Source: an uncultured Ruminococcus sp.
GTDB lineage: Bacteria; Bacillota; Clostridia; Oscillospirales; Acutalibacteraceae
Length of the DNA: 64,000 nucleotides
Direction of reading: 5' to 3'
Assembly (NCBI GenBank): GCA_902785555.1
Contig: CACZZB010000001.1
Location: 35,282 to 99,281, forward strand
Shown here: piece after piece, positions 17,365 to 27,761 of the stretch
Layout: every line of letters begins with the position of its first letter
How positions within the stretch are numbered: the stretch's first letter is position 1
Translations under genes and position numbers: made by a program
Notes under the pieces: generated by a model
The model's input: only the letters and a program-made list of their open reading frames with translations
Database searches by the model: none
What the model was told of the DNA's origin: nothing

Positions 17365-19506
17365 ATGAAAGATAAAATCAAATTATCAGATATTTCCATG
17401 GAAAGACCTTTGGCGGTGACAGGAATATGTTATATTTCCGTATCTGCTGCCGCCCTGATTCTCGGAAAAGACAGCTTTTTTCCTTTATGCCTTATCTTCC
17501 TCGCTTGCAGCATATTCTGCCTTTGTACAAAAAATTTCCGTAAATTCTCTTTTATATTCATAACAGCTCTTGCATCTGTTTCAATGCTGTGGGGCTATAC
17601 TAACGCCTATATTATACCTCCAATGTCACTTAAAGGCACAACACAGGAAATTTCAGGCACTCTATGCGAACTTCCCTATAAATATTACGACAGATATTAC
17701 TACAAACTCAAAACAGACGACTATACCGTACTTGTATCTTACAGATACAAAATAAAAATAGAACCCTTTGACACCCTTAAAGCAACTGTCAATTTTTACG
17801 GTGAAACAGATGATTCCCAAGACCTGTACAATTTTTCAAAGGGTATTTCTGTCCGTGCAGCTATTGACCCGCTTAAAAGAAAAACTGTCACCCAAAATAA
17901 CGACAAACCCCTGTATTACTATGCACTTATGACAAGAAAATACATGACCGATACAATAAATTCACTTCTTCCCGAGCGTGAAGCCGCTTTTGTAAACGCT
18001 GTAATCACAGGTGACAAATATCAGCTCGACGAAAACGAAAAGCAAATTCTCCGTGCGGCAGGTATCTCTCACATAGTCGTTATATCGGGCTTTCATATCT
18101 CTGTTATTGCACGTCTTATGCTTGGATTTTTTATGCTCATCACACGAAGAAGAAAAAAACTTTCCTCTGCATTGTGTATAATATTCGTATTTCTATATAT
18201 GGCTGTAACGGGATTTACTTCACCTATTGTCCGTGCCGGAATGATGCAAGGTTTCATTCTCATTGCAAACATTGTTTCAAAAAAGTCCGATTCTTTCAAT
18301 ATGCTCGGTCTATCGGCACTCGTGATATGTTTCAGAAATCCCTATGCAGTCGCTGATGTCAGTTTCATAATGTCCTTCACAGCAACATTCGGAATACTTC
18401 TTCTCAGCCGTAAAATTACTTCATGGACACTGGAACGCATATCCACCGACAAACTGCACATTCTCATAAAATCACTTGTAAATATCTTCGCTGTATCTCT
18501 TGCGGCATATATCTTTATACTGCCTGTAACAATCATATATTTCAAACAGGCTGCATTATATGCCGTCATTACAAATCTTTTCGTAAGTTTTGCTGTGACA
18601 GCTCTGATATATACATCCATATTTATGATAATAACAGGCTTTCAGCCTCTTGCATGGGCAGCCTTGTTCTTATCCGATTACATACTTAATGTTGCCGAGG
18701 CTGTTGCACAACTGCCGCTTTCAATCATATCAACTTCACAGGAATTTGTACCATTTTGGCTGATGACCGCTGTTATTGTCGGAATTGGAATGATATTCTT
18801 ACAGCCAAAAGCAAAGATAATAAAATACTACGCTGTTATCACTGTTATGTCTTTCATAATCCTTTCGGTCGGTGACAGCTTTATCAAAAACGGAAGTACA
18901 AAAATATCCGTACTTGATGTAGGCAACGGCATTTCGTGCGTAGTGAACTACAATAACAGGATATACCTGCTTTCAAGCGGTGGAAGCTACTACAAAGCTC
19001 ATGCACTCGACGATTATCTGACAGACAGTTGTATTTACAAAATAACCTATATGCTTCTGCTTGATGACAAAAATGCCTGCACAGCATACTCAAAACAAAT
19101 TCTCGAACACTATGACGTTGAAACCGTTCAGGTATTTGACGAAAAAGACTATACCGAAAATATAAAACTGCTTTTATCACATATCGACGGGAAAACAAAT
19201 TATCCGAATGTTCAGATAGATGATGTACAAATACAAGTCGAAAAGAAGAAAAACTGCATGGCTGTACGAGCCGTTTTCGGCAGTCTGAGAATACTTCTCG
19301 CCCACTCAAAAACAGACTGCAAAAATCTCCCGGAGGATTGGCTCGATACGGATATTTTCATCATCAACGGAAGTATCAAAAACTCCGATATCATCAATTC
19401 ACTTATCACTGTAACATCAGATGAAGAACATCCCGGAAATACCGCTCTGAGAGCATATCCAAACGGAAACATTGAAGTCAGGAGGGAAAACGGTTGGCTA
19501 AGCTGA
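17365..19506 (+). CDS. comEC: ComEC/Rec2-family DNA internalization channel protein
   Basis: 713 aa, polytopic. Competence-domain motif ..GISHIVVISGFHISV.. is present. The C-terminal lactamase-like domain lacks an HxHxDH motif. Confidence 0.85.
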   Translation: MKDKIKLSDISMERPLAVTGICYISVSAAALILGKDSFFPLCLIFLACSIFCLCTKNFRKFSFIFITALASVSMLWGYTNAYIIPPMSLKGTTQEISGTLCELPYKYYDRYYYKLKTDDYTVLVSYRYKIKIEPFDTLKATVNFYGETDDSQDLYNFSKGISVRAAIDPLKRKTVTQNNDKPLYYYALMTRKYMTDTINSLLPEREAAFVNAVITGDKYQLDENEKQILRAAGISHIVVISGFHISVIARLMLGFFMLITRRRKKLSSALCIIFVFLYMAVTGFTSPIVRAGMMQGFILIANIVSKKSDSFNMLGLSALVICFRNPYAVADVSFIMSFTATFGILLLSRKITSWTLERISTDKLHILIKSLVNIFAVSLAAYIFILPVTIIYFKQAALYAVITNLFVSFAVTALIYTSIFMIITGFQPLAWAALFLSDYILNVAEAVAQLPLSIISTSQEFVPFWLMTAVIVGIGMIFLQPKAKIIKYYAVITVMSFIILSVGDSFIKNGSTKISVLDVGNGISCVVNYNNRIYLLSSGGSYYKAHALDDYLTDSCIYKITYMLLLDDKNACTAYSKQILEHYDVETVQVFDEKDYTENIKLLLSHIDGKTNYPNVQIDDVQIQVEKKKNCMAVRAVFGSLRILLAHSKTDCKNLPEDWLDTDIFIINGSIKNSDIINSLITVTSDEEHPGNTALRAYPNGNIEVRRENGWLS

Positions 19507-20540
19507 CATCCGAACAGGATTTTAAAAAAGAAATATCACAAGCAGATTTCAAGCGTATCTATCTCATATACGGTGAGGAAAAATACCTTGTAAAGCACTA
19601 TACAAATTCTCTTGTGAACAAAGTTACAAACAAAAAAACAAATACCATTGACTATATCAAATTAGGCTCAAATACAGATTTGCAGGAAATATATAATTCA
19701 TGCGAACAGATACCTCTATTTTCAGAATATAAATGTGTACTCATAAACGACTATGACTTTGAAAGCCTCTCCGAAAGCGACTTCAAAGAACTTGACAACT
19801 ATTTCAGGGACATTTCCCCGAGCACAGTCCTTATATTTTCCATGCCTACTCTTATTATTGACCCAAAGAAAAACGGCAAATTCAAACGTGCTTCGGCAAC
19901 TGCCGAAAAAGTCGGCATATCAGTGGAATTCCAGAAGAAAACCGATACCGCACTCGAAAAACAGCTCATCTCATGGTCGGAAAAAACAGGCTGTCCCCTT
20001 ACTCCCTCAAATGCTTCAAAAATCATCTCCATGTGCGGAACAGATATGACACTTCTCAGAAATGAACTGCATAAACTGACCGCTTATGCAAACGGCTCCG
20101 AAATTACAGAAGATATGATACAGCTTTTGGTCGTCAAAAATACCGAAACACGCATATTTGCCCTTTCCGACTGCATTATGACAGGCAATTTCAAAGGTGC
20201 TTACAGTCAGCTTGCTCAGCTTTTTGAACAGAATGAAAAGCCCGAAATTATCCTGTCAACACTCGGCTCTGTCTATATAGATATGTACAGGATGAGAGTC
20301 GCAAATGAAAGCGGAAAAACTATCTCTGACGTATCAGCCGATTTCAAGTACGGAAAACGTGACTTTGTACTCAAAAAAGCAAACTCCAATTCAAAAAAAT
20401 ACTCCACATCTGCTCTGCGAAAGGCTCTCGATATAATTATGCAGACCGACATAAAATTAAAAAGTACAAGGACTGAACCGAAAATTTTACTTGAAACACT
20501 TATTACAAAGCTCATGCTTGCACTTAGGGAGGACTTATGA
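19494..20540 (+). CDS. holA: DNA polymerase III subunit delta
   Basis: 348 aa with ..YLIYGEEKYLV.. near the N-terminus. Classic position after comEC. TTG start with RBS aggaggg. Confidence 0.8.
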   Translation: MAKLTSEQDFKKEISQADFKRIYLIYGEEKYLVKHYTNSLVNKVTNKKTNTIDYIKLGSNTDLQEIYNSCEQIPLFSEYKCVLINDYDFESLSESDFKELDNYFRDISPSTVLIFSMPTLIIDPKKNGKFKRASATAEKVGISVEFQKKTDTALEKQLISWSEKTGCPLTPSNASKIISMCGTDMTLLRNELHKLTAYANGSEITEDMIQLLVVKNTETRIFALSDCIMTGNFKGAYSQLAQLFEQNEKPEIILSTLGSVYIDMYRMRVANESGKTISDVSADFKYGKRDFVLKKANSNSKKYSTSALRKALDIIMQTDIKLKSTRTEPKILLETLITKLMLALREDL

Positions 20541-21139
20541 TAAAAGTAAAAGAAGCTATAATCGTTGAAGGAAAGCATGATAAAATAAAGCTCGCAAATT
20601 TCATAGACGGTCTTATAATCACTACCGACGGTTTCGGCATATTCAAAAATAAAGAAAAACAGCTCCTTATCCGTCACCTTGCTCAGACAAGAGGCATACT
20701 TATCCTCACCGACAGTGACGGGGCAGGCTTCGTTATACGAAATTTCCTCAAAGGTTCAGTTCCTCCCGATAAAATAAAAAATGCCTATATCCCCGATATA
20801 TTCGGCAAGGAAAAACGCAAGGCACAGCCCTCAAAGGAAGGAAAATTAGGCGTTGAGGGAATATCCGAGGAAATTTTATGCCGTGCAATAGCAAATTCAG
20901 GTGCGGAATGTGAATTGAATGAATCTGTTAAATCTCAAAAGGAAATAACCAAAACGGATCTGTTTGAATACGGTCTGACAGGTACTCCCAATTCCTCAAA
21001 AAACAGGGATATTTTAAAAAAAGCTCTGCACCTGCCCGAAAATCTCACCTCAAATGCTCTGCTCGATATACTGAACTGCACTGTCACAAAAAATGAATTT
21101 GAACATATCTGCAATGAACTTTTCAGAAAGGACACATAA
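20537..21139 (+). CDS. Toprim-domain protein, ribonuclease M5-like
   Basis: N-terminus ..EAIIVEGKHDKIKL... and ..ILTDSDGAG.. form a Toprim acidic motif. 200 aa. Confidence 0.65.
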   Translation: MIKVKEAIIVEGKHDKIKLANFIDGLIITTDGFGIFKNKEKQLLIRHLAQTRGILILTDSDGAGFVIRNFLKGSVPPDKIKNAYIPDIFGKEKRKAQPSKEGKLGVEGISEEILCRAIANSGAECELNESVKSQKEITKTDLFEYGLTGTPNSSKNRDILKKALHLPENLTSNALLDILNCTVTKNEFEHICNELFRKDT

Positions 21140-21140
21140 A

Positions 21141-22049
21141 ATGCTCGAAGTAACACTGCTTGGTACAGGCGGTACCATGCCTTTAAAAAACAGATGGCTC
21201 TCATCCTGTCTGATAAAACACATGGGTCATTCCATACTTATCGACTGCGGTGAGGGTACTCAGATTGCCCTCAAACACTCCGAAAATAAATTCAAGCCTA
21301 TTGACATTATCTGCATAACTCACTTTCATGCCGACCATATATCGGGACTTCCGGGTTTTCTGCTCTCAATGAGCAATGAAGGCAGGACTGAACCCGTGAC
21401 TATAATAGGTCCTGCCGGACTGAAAAAAGTGGTCAGTGCCATTTGCATTATCGCTCCGAATTTACCCTTTGAACTAAGACTCCTTGAATATCCGACGGAT
21501 ATTTCGGAATTTGAATTCGGTGATATAAAAATCACACCTTTCACCGCAAAACACAGCGTTGTATGTGCAGGATACAATTTCAAGCTAAAAAGGGTCGGTA
21601 AATTCAATCCCGAAAAGGCTAAACAAAATAATGTCCCTATGAAGATATGGGGACAGCTCCAAAAAAATGAAACCGTTATATACAATAATACCGAATACAA
21701 GCAAAGCATGGTTCTCGGAAACGCACGTAAAGGTATAAAGATAACCTACTGCACAGACAGCAGACCTACCGAAAATATAATAAACCATGCCAAAAATGCC
21801 GACCTGTTCATATACGAGGGAATGTTCGGAGATGACGAAAAACTGCCCCGTGCAGTCGAAACGGGTCACTGTCTTTTTTCGGAAGCCGCTGAAACCGCCA
21901 AAAAAGCCTCTGTCAAAAAACTCTGGCTCACACATTACAGTCCCTCTCTTACAGAACCCGAGCTGTATGAACATATCGCAAAAGAAATTTTCCCCGATAC
22001 GGAATTGGGCTTTGACGGAAAATATGAGAAAATCCATTTTCCCGAATAA
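21141..22049 (+). CDS. rnz: ribonuclease Z / metallo-beta-lactamase fold hydrolase
   Basis: MLEVTLLGTGGTMP.. start and HFHADHISG (HxHxDH) motif. The internal ATG at 21141 is chosen because it directly follows the upstream stop. Confidence 0.8.
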   Translation: MLEVTLLGTGGTMPLKNRWLSSCLIKHMGHSILIDCGEGTQIALKHSENKFKPIDIICITHFHADHISGLPGFLLSMSNEGRTEPVTIIGPAGLKKVVSAICIIAPNLPFELRLLEYPTDISEFEFGDIKITPFTAKHSVVCAGYNFKLKRVGKFNPEKAKQNNVPMKIWGQLQKNETVIYNNTEYKQSMVLGNARKGIKITYCTDSRPTENIINHAKNADLFIYEGMFGDDEKLPRAVETGHCLFSEAAETAKKASVKKLWLTHYSPSLTEPELYEHIAKEIFPDTELGFDGKYEKIHFPE

Positions 22050-22093
22050 AAAAAGCTGCATATCAAATTTCATTGATAAACAGCTTTATTCAA

Positions 22094-22306
22094 CTAATTT
22101 TTTCTTGTTGGCTTTACATTGACCTCGGGCTTGATATTATAATCTATAACTCCGTTTTCCTTTTCAAACAATTTTACATTTTCACGAATAAGCACAAGAA
22201 TATGACTGTTGACCGAACGCCCTTCATAATCTGCAATATAGCTTATTTTATCAAGCATTTCCTGTTCGATTCTTATAGATACACTTTTGACAGACACAAA
22301 AATCAC
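22094..22306 (-). CDS. ribbon-helix-helix (Arc/CopG-like) DNA-binding protein
   Basis: ~70 aa. ..SVSIRIEQEMLDKISYIADYEGRSVNSHILVLIRENV.. fits a beta-strand plus two helices RHH pattern. GTG start position is uncertain (22306 or 22297). Confidence 0.55.
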   Translation of the reverse strand: MIFVSVKSVSIRIEQEMLDKISYIADYEGRSVNSHILVLIRENVKLFEKENGVIDYNIKPEVNVKPTRKN

Positions 22307-22379
22307 CCCATTCCTATATATAATTTTTTAGCTGTCCTGTAACAAATACAGTTCTTTCGGTACTTTATCATTAAAGGAG

Positions 22380-22943
22380 ATGAAAAAATTGGAGGACGAA
22401 AAAATCATAGACCTTTTTTTCAAACGCTCTGAAAATGCCATAACGGAACTTTCACAAAAATACGGTCAGCTTTGCATGACCGTATCAGTGAACATTCTCG
22501 GCAATACAGAAGATGCCGAGGAATGTGTGAACGATTCTTATCTGGGAATATGGAACGCTATCCCTCCGCACAAGCCCGACAATCTCACGGCATTTCTATG
22601 CAGAATCGTCCGCAACCTTTCATTAAAACGCTGTTCTCACAATTCGGCAGAAAAGCGTAAAAGTAATTACGGCGTCTGCATAGATGAACTTGATGAATGT
22701 TTGCCTTCCGAAAATACAGTTGAATCCGAACTTGAACTGAACGAGCTTTCGGGCACTCTCGATAATTTCATCTCTCAGCTTGACAAAACCAATCGATTCT
22801 TATTCGTAAGACGGTATTGGTTCATGGATTCATACGAATCACTTTCAAAAGCTACGGGCATCAAGGAACAGGCTATACGAACTCGTCTTTCAAGGATTCG
22901 CTCCAATCTCAAAAAATTCCTTGCCGAACAGGGGGTATTTTAA
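22380..22943 (+). CDS. ECF-type RNA polymerase sigma factor
   Basis: 187 aa. Region 2 ..EDAEECVNDSYLGIWN.. and C-terminal region 4 HTH ..SYESLSKATGIKEQAIRTRLSRIRSNLK.. Confidence 0.85.
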   Translation: MKKLEDEKIIDLFFKRSENAITELSQKYGQLCMTVSVNILGNTEDAEECVNDSYLGIWNAIPPHKPDNLTAFLCRIVRNLSLKRCSHNSAEKRKSNYGVCIDELDECLPSENTVESELELNELSGTLDNFISQLDKTNRFLFVRRYWFMDSYESLSKATGIKEQAIRTRLSRIRSNLKKFLAEQGVF

Positions 22944-23699
22944 ATGAACGGCAAAGACATCATGAAGGCTATGAGCAATATAGATGACAAGTATATCTCG
23001 GAATTTGCAGATACAAGCAATTTCAGAAAAAAAACAAAATTCTATCTCATGCCGAGATTTTACGGAAGCATTGCCGCACTTTTTGTGATAGGTATTTCAA
23101 TAATTTTCATAGTCACGCCTAAAAATAATTCACCGGCAGACATCATACAACAGGAAAATAAAACTACTGTATCGGAAATTTCTCAGAATGATTCTTCTTC
23201 AGCAACCGATAAAAACAACTCTGTAAAACCTTTTAATCCCACTTATCAGAATGAAACAAAAAATGCGAACAATATCGCTGATACTGCGGAAAATTTCAAT
23301 AACGGATATGACTTGGAAGAAAATATTTTCAGCATAAAAGTATATGCTGCCGAAACTCCTTCTGAACTGAATCTCAATGAAACCGTGCAGATAAAAGGTG
23401 ATTTCAATCCTATTATGAGTTCATCAAGAGGGCTTGGGATAGAGTTTGAAATAACGCCTCCTTCAAACGGTCTGACACTTCAAGCCGACAGCGGTAATTT
23501 CCTGACATGGGATAAAGACAGCGGTGCTGTCACAAATTACAGCTCGGAATATTTTATTACCGAAAAATCAAATATTTTCTGGACAACAAAATCTCCCGAA
23601 AACGCAGTAATAAAAATTCTCAGCAAAAATTCCGTCATCTCTGTTATAAATATCTCTTATGATGAAGATACAAACACTTTTTCTGCACAAAGAACTTAA
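22944..23699 (+). CDS. probable anti-sigma factor / membrane protein
   Basis: Start abuts the sigma-factor stop. Short cytoplasmic N-terminus, one TM (FYGSIAALFVIGISIIFIV), then an extracytoplasmic domain. Confidence 0.55.
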   Translation: MNGKDIMKAMSNIDDKYISEFADTSNFRKKTKFYLMPRFYGSIAALFVIGISIIFIVTPKNNSPADIIQQENKTTVSEISQNDSSSATDKNNSVKPFNPTYQNETKNANNIADTAENFNNGYDLEENIFSIKVYAAETPSELNLNETVQIKGDFNPIMSSSRGLGIEFEITPPSNGLTLQADSGNFLTWDKDSGAVTNYSSEYFITEKSNIFWTTKSPENAVIKILSKNSVISVINISYDEDTNTFSAQRT

Positions 23700-23711
23700 T
23701 AATATAACAAA

Positions 23712-23744
23712 ATGAAGCGTGAAAAATATTTTGTCACGCTTCAT
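23712..23744. terminator. bidirectional intrinsic terminator
   Basis: atgaagcgtga (23712-23722) pairs with tcacgcttcat (23734-23744). Confidence 0.7.
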
Positions 23745-23751
23745 TTCTCAC

Positions 23752-24582
23752 TTATTTTATCGCCATCATGGCAATTAATCCTCCACGCTTTCCTCCGCTT
23801 GCACGGTGAGAATACAGCAATCCGCTGTTGCACTTTGTACAGACATCACTTATGGATATATTTATACTCAAAAGACCTGCTTCAAGCAACATTCGCCTGT
23901 TTGTTTCCTTCAGGTCTATCATGTATTTTCCGTGTCCGAGACTCTTGGTAAAATATGCGGGCTTCAATTCCGTCAGCGAGGCAAATTCCTCATAAACGGG
24001 CGTATCAACTTCATAACAGCAAAAGCCTATTGCAGGACCTACCACACATACGATATCTGTCGGGTCACAGCCGTATTTTTCGGTCATTACTTCAACAGTC
24101 GCTTCACCGACTTTTCCGACAGTTCCTTTCCACCCTGCATGAGCCAACGCTATAACTTTCTTTTCGGGGTCGGCAAAATACAGAGGTGTGCAGTCCGCAT
24201 AATGAGTTACAAGCGTTACATTCGGTTCATTCGTGACAAGTGCGTCTACACTCGGCATATCATGTTCACGGAATATCCCGATACCACAGTCGGCACTTGT
24301 GACACATCTGACATTTACATGATGATCCTGTGACGAGCTTACAAGCGTATTATAATCGAATCCCGTTGCCTTACAGAAAATTTTATAATTCTCTGTAACT
24401 TTTTCAGGGTCATCTCCCCTTTTGAAATTCAAATTCATGGATTTGAATTCATCTGTACTCACTCCGCCTATCCTCGTTGAAAACGCATGACGGACAAAAT
24501 CCAATTCCGACAGTGACGGAAATGTCAGAAATCCCACTCCGTCAACAAAATTCAGGTCTGTATTCTTACTTTTAAATATCAT
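23752..24582 (-). CDS. pgeF: YfiH/PgeF-family (laccase-domain) protein
   Basis: 276 aa with ..F.TR.GGVS...F.S.N.., ..DAL.T......L....ADC.P... and ..HAGWKGT.. motifs of the YfiH family. Confidence 0.8.
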   Translation of the reverse strand: MIFKSKNTDLNFVDGVGFLTFPSLSELDFVRHAFSTRIGGVSTDEFKSMNLNFKRGDDPEKVTENYKIFCKATGFDYNTLVSSSQDHHVNVRCVTSADCGIGIFREHDMPSVDALVTNEPNVTLVTHYADCTPLYFADPEKKVIALAHAGWKGTVGKVGEATVEVMTEKYGCDPTDIVCVVGPAIGFCCYEVDTPVYEEFASLTELKPAYFTKSLGHGKYMIDLKETNRRMLLEAGLLSINISISDVCTKCNSGLLYSHRASGGKRGGLIAMMAIK

Positions 24583-24634
24583 CTCTCAAATTCCTCTGAA
24601 ATTCTCTATTTTTTAATGAAAGGAAAAAATTATC

Positions 24635-24856
24635 ATGCTCAAGATTTTTAACAAGAAAAAACTTTTCGGGAACAACATCCCGCCTGACTGTGAATACTGC
24701 CGTTTTTGCCAAAAAAATACCGACGGCAACCCAAGTTGTGCTTATGGTACAGCTATTGAAAATACCTGCAAGAGGTATGAATATGACCCTCTCAAAAGAG
24801 AGCCCAAATCTGCACCGACACTTCCAAGATTTACCGCCGATGATTTTACGCTTTGA
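24635..24856 (+). CDS. small Cys-rich hypothetical protein
   Basis: 73 aa with CEYCRFC...C...C. Function unknown. Confidence 0.45.
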   Translation: MLKIFNKKKLFGNNIPPDCEYCRFCQKNTDGNPSCAYGTAIENTCKRYEYDPLKREPKSAPTLPRFTADDFTL

Positions 24857-24866
24857 GCAACTGCAT

Positions 24867-25370
24867 TTATTTTTTCACAGTTTCTTTTTTGTCATCCTCT
24901 GCAAGAGCCTCGGCAGCAAGTTCAATTACAGCCGTACAATGAGGACAACGTGTTGCAGCTATGTCTATTTCACTGATACAGAACGGACATTTCTTTGTTG
25001 TCGGAGCTGCCGGTTCTTCTTCTTTCTTCTTCTTCGGAATAGCCATCAGCTTATTTATGGACTTTACAAGAATGAAGATGATGAGTGCCATAAGTAAGAA
25101 GTTTATTATAGCTGCTGCGAATTTGCCGAAGCCTATCGGTCCGACATTCAAAGCCTCTGTTGCCTTTGAGAAGTCAGGATTGCCTGCCTCGTCAACAAAG
25201 CTCTGACCTGAAACTGCCGAAACTATCCAGCCGATACCGGGCATTATAACATCATTACAAAGTGAAGTTACAATAGTATTGAAAGCTCCGCCTATGATAA
25301 CACCGACTGCAAGGTCAAGGACATTGCCTCTCATGACAAATTCTTTGAATTCAGTCATAAATTTACTCAT
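24867..25370 (-). CDS. mscL: large-conductance mechanosensitive channel with a C-terminal zinc-ribbon extension
   Basis: N-terminus FKEFVMRGNVLDLAVGVIIGGAFNTIV is canonical MscL. The C-terminus carries CPFC...(12 aa)...CPHC. Confidence 0.85.
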   Translation of the reverse strand: MSKFMTEFKEFVMRGNVLDLAVGVIIGGAFNTIVTSLCNDVIMPGIGWIVSAVSGQSFVDEAGNPDFSKATEALNVGPIGFGKFAAAIINFLLMALIIFILVKSINKLMAIPKKKKEEEPAAPTTKKCPFCISEIDIAATRCPHCTAVIELAAEALAEDDKKETVKK

Positions 25371-25457
25371 AATATTTTTCTCCTTTCCGCAAAAATTTTA
25401 TGAACATATTATAACACACTTTTACACAATCGTAAATATTTTTTCAAAAAAAATTTT

Positions 25458-25943
25458 TTAATATCCAAAAGTTCCCGCAAGCGATTCGTCATTATCGACC
25501 CATTCTTTGACTTCAACTATCGTATATCTGTTCTTGCTGTTCCTTATGATAACTTTCTCAATGCCTGCATTTATTATCATTCTTTTGCACATTGAACACG
25601 CTGAGGCATTTTCGACATAAGCACCTGTTTGAGCATCTTTGCCGACAAGATAGAGAGTTGCTCCTATCATGCTGTCACGGGATGCGTGTATTATTGCATT
25701 CTGTTCTGCATGGACTGAACGGCAAAGTTCATATCTTTCTCCTCTGGGTATTTTCAGATTTTCTCTGACACATACTCCCATATCTATGCAATTCTTACGA
25801 CCTCTCGGTGCTCCCACATATCCCGTTGAGATTATCTGGTCATTGTTTACTATTATAGCACCGTAATTTCTTCTCAGGCACGTTCCTCTTTCAAGCACCG
25901 TTTCGGCTATATCCAAATAATAATTTATCTTGTCGGTACGCAT
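25458..25943 (-). CDS. dCMP deaminase (ComEB-like)
   Basis: Zinc motifs HAEQNAI and CSMCKRMIINAGI. Internal ATG at 25943 with RBS ggag is preferred over the longer ORF. Confidence 0.85.
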   Translation of the reverse strand: MRTDKINYYLDIAETVLERGTCLRRNYGAIIVNNDQIISTGYVGAPRGRKNCIDMGVCVRENLKIPRGERYELCRSVHAEQNAIIHASRDSMIGATLYLVGKDAQTGAYVENASACSMCKRMIINAGIEKVIIRNSKNRYTIVEVKEWVDNDESLAGTFGY

Positions 25944-26123
25944 ACATTTACACTCCGTTTCCAAAAATATTGATAAATCAACAATAAGCCACACTCCAAA
26001 AGAATGCGGCTTATCTGATAGAGGAGAAAATTATGAAAGAAAGGTAGAAAAACTTTTTTATTTTCTATAATTATACACCAAATATTCTGTTATGTCAAAC
26101 TATTTTTTATAAAAAACCGAATA

Positions 26124-27635
26124 TTAATTGAACATTCTGAACCAATCTTCGATATTGTCCGGATACTGACTGTAATATCCTCCGTTGTCGTCACTGTTTC
26201 CGTTTTTATTGAAGTTGTTGCTGTTTTTCTGTGAGTTTTTATTTGAACTCTCAGTCAATACAACTTCTATCTCATGTTCCTTGCCGTCACGGTATATTGT
26301 CAAATTGACTTTATCTCCGGCACTGTGCTTTGATATCTCTGACGAAAGAACTTCTTTTGAAGTCAGCTCAACTCCGTCAAATTTCAGTATACAGTCACCC
26401 ACCATAAGACCGGCTTTTTCTGCTGCTCCTCCTGCTGTGACCGAATAAACATATACTCCCTGCTTGGTGACATTATATCTTGCTGCCGTTGTATCATCAA
26501 AAACATCAACTGCTGTTATTCCGAGCACTGCTCTGCCTACATAACCTTTCGTTTTGAGATCACCGAGAATTTTCTTTACGTTGTCTATCGGTATCGCAAA
26601 TCCGAGTCCTTCAAGAGATGTTCCGTCAGATGAATTTGTGGATTTTGCCACAACTATGCCGACAAGATTTCCGTCTGAATCGAACAATCCACCGCCTGAA
26701 TTACCGGGGTTTATAGCCGCATCCGTCTGGAGAAGCTCCATTGTCTTGCCGTCAAGCTTGATAGACCTGTTCAATGCACTTATTATACCGTGTGTAACTG
26801 TGCCGCCAAGCTGTCCGAGAGGATTTCCGATAACTATTGATGTTTCACCGACATTCAATTCGGATGATGAACCGAGAACTGCAACAGTCAGATTATCTGC
26901 ATCTATTTTAAGCAGTGCCACATCAAGCTCGGCATCTGTACCTACAAGAGTCGCATCATATTTGTTGCCGTCTGTAAGTGTTACTTTTATACTTGTAGCA
27001 TCTTCGATAACATGATTATTTGTTATGATATAACCGTCATTCGATATTATAACACCGCTTCCTGCACCCTGTGCAACATACTGTCCATAGAATGTACCAT
27101 ACTTTGTGACTTCTGTTGTTATCTCAACAACGGAGTCTTTTACTTTTGCAACAACTTCCTCTATATTTGTAGGTCCGTTGTCACTCTTTGAAGCCTGTAT
27201 TATATTCAAGCCAGAGTCGGTTCCCTGAGTTGTCTTTGCATTGACGCTTGTACCGTTCTGAACGATAGTCTTTGTATTGGAATTTCCTGCAACGTATGAG
27301 CCCAACATTCCTCCGCCGAATCCCACACACAATGCAAGTGCAAGTGTTCCTGCGATAAGAGCTGCTTTTCTTCCGCTCTTTTTAGCTTTTTTGACAGGTT
27401 CGGGATTACTGTTATATCCGTCACTGTATACATCGGAATATACAGGCTGTATAGGAGCAGTATCCTGACTGTTTGAAAATACCTCATTATACTGTTCGGG
27501 AATATCCTGATAGCTTTCCGTCTGATACTCAACAGGCTGCTGCGTATACTGCGGATATACAGTTCTCTGATATTCGTTCATGGGCTGTGTATTCTCCATG
27601 CTTTCAAATTCATTTTTAAATTCATTGTTTTCCAT
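26124..27635 (-). CDS. htrA: HtrA/DegP-family serine protease with PDZ domain, membrane anchored
   Basis: Catalytic triad context ..TNNHV.., ..D.ALLK.. and ..GNSGG.L. C-terminal PDZ ..GLMVGDCILKFDG... N-terminal TM. Confidence 0.88.
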   Translation of the reverse strand: MENNEFKNEFESMENTQPMNEYQRTVYPQYTQQPVEYQTESYQDIPEQYNEVFSNSQDTAPIQPVYSDVYSDGYNSNPEPVKKAKKSGRKAALIAGTLALALCVGFGGGMLGSYVAGNSNTKTIVQNGTSVNAKTTQGTDSGLNIIQASKSDNGPTNIEEVVAKVKDSVVEITTEVTKYGTFYGQYVAQGAGSGVIISNDGYIITNNHVIEDATSIKVTLTDGNKYDATLVGTDAELDVALLKIDADNLTVAVLGSSSELNVGETSIVIGNPLGQLGGTVTHGIISALNRSIKLDGKTMELLQTDAAINPGNSGGGLFDSDGNLVGIVVAKSTNSSDGTSLEGLGFAIPIDNVKKILGDLKTKGYVGRAVLGITAVDVFDDTTAARYNVTKQGVYVYSVTAGGAAEKAGLMVGDCILKFDGVELTSKEVLSSEISKHSAGDKVNLTIYRDGKEHEIEVVLTESSNKNSQKNSNNFNKNGNSDDNGGYYSQYPDNIEDWFRMFN

Positions 27636-27761
27636 AAGTAATTACCTCCGATTTATATTTAATTTGATTTGTTTGCCTTTGATGTCTATATTATAACTCC
27701 TCTTTTCAAAAAATGTGCTAACAAATTTGATATCTTATTAAAACAATTTATTAATCAACGC

